A stretch of 64,000 nt of DNA, taken from contig OZ223236.1 of NCBI GenBank assembly GCA_965140445.1, forward strand, positions 1,600,001 to 1,664,000, read 5' to 3'. This document shows, piece by piece, positions 10,227 through 18,054 of this stretch. The number at the start of each line of letters is the position of its first letter. Positions within the stretch are counted from its first letter, which is position 1. The position numbers and the translations under genes were made by a program. Below the pieces are notes generated by a model. It ran no database searches. It was not told the DNA's origin and was given only the letters and a program-made list of their open reading frames with translations. The stretch is from Candidatus Ozemobacteraceae bacterium. Lineage in GTDB: Bacteria > Muiribacteriota > Ozemobacteria > Ozemobacterales > Ozemobacteraceae.

Positions 10227-11411
10227 GTGGAACCAGATTTTAAGCCAACTTCAATATATGCTTCATTTGATACTTTTCCAGCTGCTAAGGGTGCTGCTGT
10301 TCATATCAGAGAGTTTTCACAAACCCTTTTTAACTTTGCTGGAAATGGTTTGCTGCTTTCACTTGGATCAGATTTGCTGCCTTCATGGCAAATTGAAGGC
10401 AATATTGAGGTTCGAAGGCTTGTTTCAGAGGAACCCAATTTTCTAAAAAGAACTATCGAGTTTTCCAGTTTTGTTTTTGAGCACGGCTATATGCTTCGAG
10501 AGAATCTGAAAATTGGTCAGTTTAGAGATCCATGGTCTGGAATTCCCCTTTTGGATATTGAAGAAAGGAATTTTCCGCTTATATATGAAGTTAATGGACT
10601 TCCTTCGATTGAGTTGCCCTCACGTTATCCTGGAATAGCTCCGGGCACTTTAGAAAAAATCAGACAAGTGGAAAAGCGTTGTTGGAATGAGGCGGACAGT
10701 ATTGTTTGTCCTTCTGATGTTATAAAAAACTGCCTTATAGATTTGGGCGCAGAAAGTAATAAAATTAATGTAATCAGAAATGGTGCTCATAAACCAGGAA
10801 TAGGGCCGATGCTTTTACCTGATGACCAGCCTGATAACTATTTGATTTACTTTGGAGCTGTGCAGCCATGGCAGGGCGTTGAGACCATTTTTAAAACATT
10901 GAAGTATTTGAAAGATTTTTCTGATTTGAAGGTCGTTTTATGTGTTTCTGGAAGTAAGCCAAGGCTGAAATATCTCAGAAAGCTGGCTGAGAGGATGGAG
11001 GTTTCAGACAGATTAATCTGGAAATACAAAATTAGCCAGGAAGAGCTTATGCCGTGGATTATGGGGGCAAGAATTTCTCTGGCACCACTTGTTGAATGCT
11101 CCAGAAACCTTGTTCAAGGCTGTTGCCCAATGAAAATTATTGAGTCGATGGCTTTAAGTGTTCCCGTAATCGCCAGCGATATTCCAGTAGTTCGTGAGCT
11201 TGTAGAACATAGTAAAACGGGATGGCTTGTTCGCCCGGATAGGCCTGCTGAACTGGCTAGAGCTATTCGAATTTTGCTGACCAATTCGACTTTGGCCAAA
11301 GAGATTGGGAACAACGGAAAAATCAAATTCGAAAACTTTTTCACCTGGGACCAGGCGAAAGAAAATTTAAAAGATGTTTATCGAGCAACTTTGAATGATT
11401 TTAAAAAATAA
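10227..11411 (+). CDS. Glycosyltransferase family 4 (GT-B)
   Basis: YEVNGLPS, YFGAVQPWQGV and CPMKIIESMA..PVIASD motifs. Confidence 0.88.
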   Translation: MEPDFKPTSIYASFDTFPAAKGAAVHIREFSQTLFNFAGNGLLLSLGSDLLPSWQIEGNIEVRRLVSEEPNFLKRTIEFSSFVFEHGYMLRENLKIGQFRDPWSGIPLLDIEERNFPLIYEVNGLPSIELPSRYPGIAPGTLEKIRQVEKRCWNEADSIVCPSDVIKNCLIDLGAESNKINVIRNGAHKPGIGPMLLPDDQPDNYLIYFGAVQPWQGVETIFKTLKYLKDFSDLKVVLCVSGSKPRLKYLRKLAERMEVSDRLIWKYKISQEELMPWIMGARISLAPLVECSRNLVQGCCPMKIIESMALSVPVIASDIPVVRELVEHSKTGWLVRPDRPAELARAIRILLTNSTLAKEIGNNGKIKFENFFTWDQAKENLKDVYRATLNDFKK

Positions 11412-11446
11412 AGTAAGCTATTAATGAATAAATTAGTGGGGGGTAT

Positions 11447-12346
11447 ATGAAACTAGTTTCTGCAATAAAAAAATATTCTGCTCTTAATGCGGCGCAGAAA
11501 GAGTTTATTAAGAATGGCCGAAGAATTTTCCTGATGAAACCAGATGAGCTGATTCGATTTATTAGTCCATTGGCAGCTTTTGATGCGGATTGTGATCGTG
11601 CCAGAACTCATTGTGGATGGGCCATGGCTTTATCCGCAATCTTTTTGATTGTAGCTTTGATAGCAAGTGGCAATAGGGTTGAGATCCCATTTATTGGAGC
11701 TATTTCTGGATTTTTTGGAGTTCTTTTTGTTGTTTTTCTTGGTTTTTATCTCTACATGCGAAGCATAAACATTCATAACAATCTTCGTGATTTTATTGTT
11801 CCAGTTGTTAATACAATTGGCCAGGATATGGCTCCAAATGCGAAAATGAAGTTAAAAGTTGATCTGCGCGGCGGGACAATTCCGGAAAAGCAAACCAGGG
11901 TTTTAGGCGGTGATAATGGCTGGTTTGCATCCTATCCCAGAATTACGATCACTTATTATAAAGATCCATGGATCGAAGGCACGGCAGAAATGTTTGATGG
12001 ATCAATTGTTACTTTTTCTGTGGTAGATACGATTGTTTCTAAAACAGTTGTGAAGAAAAACTTTCGAGGAAAAGTTAAAACCAAACATAAGAGCAAAACC
12101 AAACATCAAATTAGAGTAAGCGTAGCATTAAAAAATAAAAGCTATTCAGCTCCAGAAGCGTCCGTTCTAGGCCGTGCTGGCGATAGAGTCAAGCAAAAGG
12201 CAGGCGAGAAAAGAAATGTTGTTGCTCTTACAAGAGTTGAAAGAAGCAGTGGCGGCGAAGAGTCTCTGGATTCATCATCAGTGCTTGCAATGCTTGGTAG
12301 AATTTTAATGAGCGTCAGACCTGCCGCTGATGGAGGAAAAGCATAA
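11447..12346 (+). CDS. Hypothetical protein with two TM helices and a basic C-terminal domain
   Basis: Two hydrophobic segments at about aa 57-103; stop overlaps the next start (TAATG). Confidence 0.75.
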   Translation: MKLVSAIKKYSALNAAQKEFIKNGRRIFLMKPDELIRFISPLAAFDADCDRARTHCGWAMALSAIFLIVALIASGNRVEIPFIGAISGFFGVLFVVFLGFYLYMRSINIHNNLRDFIVPVVNTIGQDMAPNAKMKLKVDLRGGTIPEKQTRVLGGDNGWFASYPRITITYYKDPWIEGTAEMFDGSIVTFSVVDTIVSKTVVKKNFRGKVKTKHKSKTKHQIRVSVALKNKSYSAPEASVLGRAGDRVKQKAGEKRNVVALTRVERSSGGEESLDSSSVLAMLGRILMSVRPAADGGKA

Positions 12347-12768
12347 TGGTAAAATGTCAGTTAAAACAAGGCTTTTTCATTTTGAGAGACTGTGAAGAAA
12401 TGGCTATGGTTACATGCCCTGTTTGCAAAAGGAAAGTCTGTAAAAAGCACTCGAAAATTGCAAAAGGAAGCGGAACTCCTACTTGTCTGGATTGTCTAGG
12501 CAAAAAAATGCAACAAAGAAAAAGAGAAAGTATCCGGGACGATGAGTGGGATGATTACTACTATGATTCCAGCTGGTCATACGGATACAGATCCCGATAT
12601 TACAGTAACTGCCGATATAGACCCTGGTATTACGGTGGAAGCAGCTTCCACGATCCATACTACAATTCATATGACGTGAGATCATTGGACAATCGAAATG
12701 ATGATGGCGGAGAATTGATGGATTCGGGCGAAGATTATCAGGCAGAGGCGGATATCTTTGACAGCTGA
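12346..12768 (+). CDS. Cys/His zinc-finger-like protein with a Tyr-rich, acidic tail
   Basis: C..C..CPVC..VCKKH..CLDC followed by DDYYYDSSWSYGYRSRYY...; coupled to both neighbours. Confidence 0.7.
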   Translation: MVKCQLKQGFFILRDCEEMAMVTCPVCKRKVCKKHSKIAKGSGTPTCLDCLGKKMQQRKRESIRDDEWDDYYYDSSWSYGYRSRYYSNCRYRPWYYGGSSFHDPYYNSYDVRSLDNRNDDGGELMDSGEDYQAEADIFDS

Positions 12769-13912
12769 GACCTCCAAAAAAAGAAAGGTTCTGTGGCTTA
12801 CGGATAATTTCCCCCCTCGCAGGGGCGGAATGGCACAGGCCTGTGATCGTATAGTTTCCAACCTTCGTGGGGCTGGTTTTAATATTGATATTGTTAGCTT
12901 TCTGAATGGTGTTTCTAACACCAGAATTGTTCAGCAGCAAAATGGAAAATTAATCATTCACCCTGCTATCGAAGGAAGTGGTCACACCTTAAACTGCCTT
13001 TGGAATCTGCTTACTGGTCCCGGATTTTCAGCCGATTATTCACACATTGTAGCTTTTGGAGGATATCTACCAACTTTAGCTTTACCTGTGTTTAAAGAAT
13101 GGCTTTCAGCAAAGTCGGTTATGATGCTGAGAGGCAATGATTTTGATCTTGGGATTTTTTCACCGGCAAGAAGACATGTTTTGTTTGACGCATTTAGATC
13201 TTCTGATGCGGTATGTGTTTTAAGTTCGGATCAAGAAAACAAGCTTAAAAAGCTGGTTCCTGGCGTTAATATTGTAAAAATTCCTAACGGAATTGATTTA
13301 AATGGTTGGGTTCCAGATCAGATTGAACTGGAAAATGCCGCAAACTGGCGAAAAGAAAATGTTGAGCCCGCCAGAAAAGTTATAGGCATGATTGGTCAGT
13401 TCAAGTCAAAAAAAGGTGGCGTCTTTTTTCTGAAGAATCTTCTAGCAGCCAATCTTGGAGATAGATTTCATATCCTGATTGTTGGTGATGTGGAAGAAGA
13501 AATGCAGCAGTGGCTGGAGGAACAGTCTGATGAATTAAGTTTCACCCAAATTCCATTTATGGACCGGTGGGAGCTTCTTTCATGGTATCCAGCCTGTGAT
13601 TTTATTGCCTTGCCTTCGTTCTATGACGGTATGCCGAATGTATTAATAGAGGCTGCCGGGATCGGGATTCCAATTATTGCTGCTAAAGCTGGAGGAATCG
13701 GCGATATCCTTGAAGGGGTTGCTGAGGATTTTTGCTTTCACCCAGGTGACAGGCATGGTTGCAGGGAAGCTCTCTGGAAAGCAGCAGAGCAGGACGAGTC
13801 TTCCAAAAATAAGATGGGAGAAGCCTTAAAACGGCATATTTCAGAGAAATTCAGTTCTGAGATTGAAGCTGAAAACTATGCAAAACTTTTTGATGAACTT
13901 ATAAATATCTAG
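12758..13912 (+). CDS. Glycosyltransferase family 4 (GT-B)
   Basis: FPPRRGGMA, LRGNDFD, IPNGID and LPSFYDGMPNVLIEA motifs; TTG start. Confidence 0.88.
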   Translation: MTAETSKKRKVLWLTDNFPPRRGGMAQACDRIVSNLRGAGFNIDIVSFLNGVSNTRIVQQQNGKLIIHPAIEGSGHTLNCLWNLLTGPGFSADYSHIVAFGGYLPTLALPVFKEWLSAKSVMMLRGNDFDLGIFSPARRHVLFDAFRSSDAVCVLSSDQENKLKKLVPGVNIVKIPNGIDLNGWVPDQIELENAANWRKENVEPARKVIGMIGQFKSKKGGVFFLKNLLAANLGDRFHILIVGDVEEEMQQWLEEQSDELSFTQIPFMDRWELLSWYPACDFIALPSFYDGMPNVLIEAAGIGIPIIAAKAGGIGDILEGVAEDFCFHPGDRHGCREALWKAAEQDESSKNKMGEALKRHISEKFSSEIEAENYAKLFDELINI

Positions 13913-13921
13913 GAGGATACG

Positions 13922-14626
13922 GTGAATAAAATTAGTATTAGAAGCATTCTTGGTGTGCTTTTTGTTGTTTTTGGACTTTTGCTGACCGGCTGTGGTGATA
14001 AAAAGGACAGTAAGCCTGCTGATTCCGCTTCGACAGGGAAAGCTGCAGTTGCCCCAAGTCAAAAGGATAGCTCGGCTGATAGCTATAATGAAAAAATTAA
14101 ATTTAAAACCCCAGATGAAAAAGAAGCTCTTGTTATCAAGTTATACTCTGATAGAACTAAGATTGAGCTTGATTATGATGGAGTTAAGAAGGTTTTAAAG
14201 GGTAGCAAAAAGGCCAGTGGAAAATCCAAATACAAAGACGAACAGAGTGGTGAGCTGGTTGCCGAAATTAAATATAAAGATGATGGGTTCAAACTTCGCG
14301 ACTCATCAGCAAAGCTGCTTTGGAAGATCAAACTCAAAGATGGAAAAATCAAAATCAGTGATAACGAAGAGGGCAATAACCCTTATGAAATTAAATTTAA
14401 AGATACTGAAAAAGCCAAAGTTATGGATCAGGGTGGCACTCAGTTAGGTAAAGTGACTTTTAAAACTGATACTGGCAAGACTAAGGTTAAGGATTCTTCC
14501 GAGAATGAAAAAATGGCTTGTAAAGCCGGGAAACCTCTTTTTTCGGCGGGAGCAATTTTATTCGAAAAAATTCCTGTCCTGCATAGAGCTATTATCATCG
14601 GAGAGCTTGTTCAGCTAGGAAAATAG
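13922..14626 (+). CDS. Lys-rich lipoprotein of unknown function
   Basis: Lipobox LLTGC; AGGAGG RBS; repeated beta-hairpin-like K-rich segments. Confidence 0.78.
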   Translation: MNKISIRSILGVLFVVFGLLLTGCGDKKDSKPADSASTGKAAVAPSQKDSSADSYNEKIKFKTPDEKEALVIKLYSDRTKIELDYDGVKKVLKGSKKASGKSKYKDEQSGELVAEIKYKDDGFKLRDSSAKLLWKIKLKDGKIKISDNEEGNNPYEIKFKDTEKAKVMDQGGTQLGKVTFKTDTGKTKVKDSSENEKMACKAGKPLFSAGAILFEKIPVLHRAIIIGELVQLGK

Positions 14627-14627
14627 A

Positions 14628-15473
14628 ATGGATTTGTATTATTGTATGGGCGGAGGACTTGGTCATTTAACCAGGTTCTCCGCCTTTTGCTATACCACTG
14701 GAAGCAAGCCTGCTATTTTAACGGCTTCTCCATTTGTTAATGACCCAAGAATTGTTTCTCCAGAAATTGAAAAAATAACCCCGGAAGGCGACGTTAATAA
14801 TTTTGAGTCTTTGCAATCATGGGTGTTGGAACAAATTTTAAGGATAAAACCTGAAAGGCTTTATATTGATGCTTTTCCTGGGGGAATTCTTGGGGAGCTA
14901 AGTTCTGAAAACTCTTTATTTAAATCCTGGGCAGAAAATACTGACACCAGGATTATTTACCTGGCACGAATTCTAAATTGGAACAAGTATCTGAAGCGCT
15001 TAAAAGGGACTTTGCCAAAAATTAATGAAATTCTGGTATTAGAGGAATTGTATCCAGACCACATGGAGTTTTTGCAAAACCTGAATTGCTCTATACGAAC
15101 ATTTGATCTTGAATATAAGCCAGTTGAATTTGACTGCAATTTCGAAATTCCCGGCAAATTCTGGCTGATTGCCCATTCTGGAGCCAATGAAGAGTTGGAA
15201 AATCTTTGGTGCTACGCCTGTGAAACAGCTGAATTAATGGGGGTTGAGCCAAAGTTTATTTTTGTTTCTCCTGGAGCAAGACCAGATTTTTTGCCGGAGA
15301 AAGTGATTTTTGTGGATTATTATCCTGCAGAAAGCTTGTTTGGAAGAGCGGATATGGTTTTTACCGGGGGTGGATTTAACTCGGTTTTACAGATGAAGGA
15401 TTGTTGTGAAAAACACAGAGCTCTTCCTTTCGAAAGAGCTCTGGATGATCAATTTTTTAGAATTAAAAAGTAG
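14628..15473 (+). CDS. GT-B glycosyltransferase-like protein (GT28/PseG-like N-terminus)
   Basis: YCMGGGLGHLTR, IDAFPGGILGE, GGGFN and DDQF; paralog of 41140..41976. Confidence 0.7.
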   Translation: MDLYYCMGGGLGHLTRFSAFCYTTGSKPAILTASPFVNDPRIVSPEIEKITPEGDVNNFESLQSWVLEQILRIKPERLYIDAFPGGILGELSSENSLFKSWAENTDTRIIYLARILNWNKYLKRLKGTLPKINEILVLEELYPDHMEFLQNLNCSIRTFDLEYKPVEFDCNFEIPGKFWLIAHSGANEELENLWCYACETAELMGVEPKFIFVSPGARPDFLPEKVIFVDYYPAESLFGRADMVFTGGGFNSVLQMKDCCEKHRALPFERALDDQFFRIKK

Positions 15474-15487
15474 TATTATGCTTGAGG

Positions 15488-18031
15488 CTAGCGATTCGTT
15501 AAATCCTCTGCAATCTGATTTATTGCTGCAATAATTTCGTCGTATTGCTTTGCGGAGTTTTCACCAAGAATTTCTTCTTCCAGTTCACCTTCAACTTCTT
15601 CGCCGTTTAAAGGGAAGTCAGTAATGTTTATCAGGGTGTAAAAGTTAACCGGATTAGAAGAATTCGCTATAAGTTTGGCTATGTAATAAATTTCGCAATC
15701 CACTGAATCCGCGCCATTTTTTAGCATTCTTTTTACATGGGGTTTGGTTTCGCAAAGGGGCGTAAGAACAGAAGCATGCCTGACTCTCCTGCAATCCTGT
15801 GCTATCGGAAGATCTTCTGCCAGATTATCGATCGGCAGGAAGGTTGAATCGTCTTTGCCATCTGGCGCGGCATAATATGAAAGGATTGGAGCGACCCATG
15901 AAAACCTTTTGAGCTTATGGTCTATGCCTCCACCAGTTCCAAGTAGAACAATGTTTTTCAAGCCTTTTTCTCTAACTAGAATTTCTGCAAGATTTGCTGG
16001 AAGTGATCCGAAGTTAGCACCAAAAGCTGACATGGCTATTACTAACTTTGGCTCTTTATCCGGCTTTTGAAGATAGCCAGAAAACAAAGAAAGATCGCCT
16101 ATTCTATGGAATTTAATATCGGTAATTTTCTTTTTTAAGGGATTTATAAAACCTACGAAAAACGCATCAACAGATGACGGCAGTTCTTTTACAAAGTTTA
16201 AAAATTCAGGTTTTGAAGGGAAATCCTTTTTATTGGGGTTTCTCAGCACAAAAACGCTTTCGGGGTGGTTCTCGCCAACATTGCGTCTGAGAATGTAGCC
16301 CCTTGCCTGATGATTCAGTAACTGCTCATCTGAATAAAATCCGTAATGGGCAACGATTAATCTTCCGTCATGGTCATTAAAGCCAATGATTGTTCTTTTC
16401 CGACGGGAAAAGCCCGGCCCATTCACCTGAAACAGTCTTGTATACCCCATTTTCTGTAACAGCGCCCTGGTTTGCCCGTGGTCTGCGGCAAAGAATCCAA
16501 ATGCTGTTTTGGGATTAAGATAGAAATTTTCAAATTCTTCTCCAATTTGAAACCTTAAATATCCTTGCAGATCTCTAAATCCGTGCGGAGCTTTTCTATT
16601 GATTTGAAGTATTTCTCTGGAATAGCCCTTTGTTAATTTGCCTTCTAACTGACCTATAAGTTGGACTATTTCTTTTTCTGACAAGTTTTCAAGTGGAAGT
16701 AGCGTAATGTTTCCAAAGTTAAAATAGGTACGATAGAAATATGCAAAACTCTTTTTCAGCTTCTCTCTGGGCAAGAGGCCTATATTAATTTCTGTATCAA
16801 TAAATCCCATTATCATATCTTCGAAATTGTCATCTGGCTTTAGAAGCTTTTGTGTGGAAGGTCTGAGAAAATCGTCTTTGCGTCTTAAGAGGGTTTTGGC
16901 TTCTGTTGAGTCCGCCGGGAATTCGCTGGCAAGCATCTCAAACAGAACCCGGTAAGAATAGCTTCTAATAGCATTTTCGGCTTGCTTAAGTAGTGATAAC
17001 GTTTCTTTGGGTGGCTCGGGTTGGAAACCGGGAAAATAGAATTTTGCAAAAATGTCTTTTCTGGAAAACTCTGGATTCAAAAGAATCTTTGCTTCCTCAT
17101 TCAAGCCAAGCTTGTTTAAAAATTCATCAACATTCAAATATTTTAAACCTTCTCGCATCGAATCCATATCATCGGCTTGAGTAACCGTTCTGAAAAGATC
17201 CATTACCATCATATCTACTGGATAATATTTGGTTAGTCTGTGTCTCCAGTCGTTGTGAAGGAACCTTACGTCTTCTCTTGAAGGCTTTAATAACGTGGGA
17301 AAAATAACCAGACTTCCACTGGAAAGATCATTTTTGCAGGCTTTTGCTGCCGCAAAAATCTTTTGCGCATATTTATTATTTTTATCTGAATAAAAAGCCA
17401 GAGAATCTCTTAAAAGCTTAATGGTAGCAGGATCTCTTTTAAAACTGTGGAGACGAACCATGTCTCTAATAAAGCGGCCAAGGTTCTGCACTTCTATTCT
17501 TTCGCGGTCAAGCGGATAATAGCGGAAAATTCTGTTTCTCAGATCTTTACATCCGTAACCGGTTGGGTCCATAATTGTGCCGTTAGATAAAACTCCTACT
17601 TTGGTTGCCGTTATTCCTTCATTGTGATAGAGCTTTTTCCTGGCATTTTCTTCTTCCATGTTGGCAAGATCAAAATGAAAATCCGGGGTTGGCATTTTTC
17701 CATAATTCTCGTTGTTGAATTTTATTATTTCGTCTCTAAATGCTGGAAAATTTGGCTCTGAGCTATTGAAGATCATATCGCAATCAGAGATAATCGAAAA
17801 TTTTCGTTTAAGGTAAAGGTCTCTGACAGTTCCTCCATAAACCCCAAAAGTTGCATGGTGCTTCTCTGCAATATTTGCCAGCTTTTTCAATGGAGGGAGA
17901 TGTTTTGATATTTTTTCAAAGGCAAAATCACTGTTATTTCCGGCAAAAGCTGGTGAAAAACAGCTGATAACAATAAATACAGCTATTTGTAGGATGCTTG
18001 CTCTAAAGAAGCGTAAATTGGTTTTTTTCAT
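15488..18031 (-). CDS. Exported fusion: CCA/poly(A)-polymerase-like nucleotidyltransferase head plus C-terminal nucleoside phosphorylase/nucleosidase-like domain
   Basis: Signal peptide ending PAFA; VYGGTVRD..SDCD and DPTGYGCKDLRNRIFR; C-terminal LLGTGGGI, GADSVDCE and NITD. Confidence 0.62.
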   Translation of the reverse strand: MKKTNLRFFRASILQIAVFIVISCFSPAFAGNNSDFAFEKISKHLPPLKKLANIAEKHHATFGVYGGTVRDLYLKRKFSIISDCDMIFNSSEPNFPAFRDEIIKFNNENYGKMPTPDFHFDLANMEEENARKKLYHNEGITATKVGVLSNGTIMDPTGYGCKDLRNRIFRYYPLDRERIEVQNLGRFIRDMVRLHSFKRDPATIKLLRDSLAFYSDKNNKYAQKIFAAAKACKNDLSSGSLVIFPTLLKPSREDVRFLHNDWRHRLTKYYPVDMMVMDLFRTVTQADDMDSMREGLKYLNVDEFLNKLGLNEEAKILLNPEFSRKDIFAKFYFPGFQPEPPKETLSLLKQAENAIRSYSYRVLFEMLASEFPADSTEAKTLLRRKDDFLRPSTQKLLKPDDNFEDMIMGFIDTEINIGLLPREKLKKSFAYFYRTYFNFGNITLLPLENLSEKEIVQLIGQLEGKLTKGYSREILQINRKAPHGFRDLQGYLRFQIGEEFENFYLNPKTAFGFFAADHGQTRALLQKMGYTRLFQVNGPGFSRRKRTIIGFNDHDGRLIVAHYGFYSDEQLLNHQARGYILRRNVGENHPESVFVLRNPNKKDFPSKPEFLNFVKELPSSVDAFFVGFINPLKKKITDIKFHRIGDLSLFSGYLQKPDKEPKLVIAMSAFGANFGSLPANLAEILVREKGLKNIVLLGTGGGIDHKLKRFSWVAPILSYYAAPDGKDDSTFLPIDNLAEDLPIAQDCRRVRHASVLTPLCETKPHVKRMLKNGADSVDCEIYYIAKLIANSSNPVNFYTLINITDFPLNGEEVEGELEEEILGENSAKQYDEIIAAINQIAEDLTNR

Positions 18032-18054
18032 GATCTTCTCCATCTGGGAACGTT

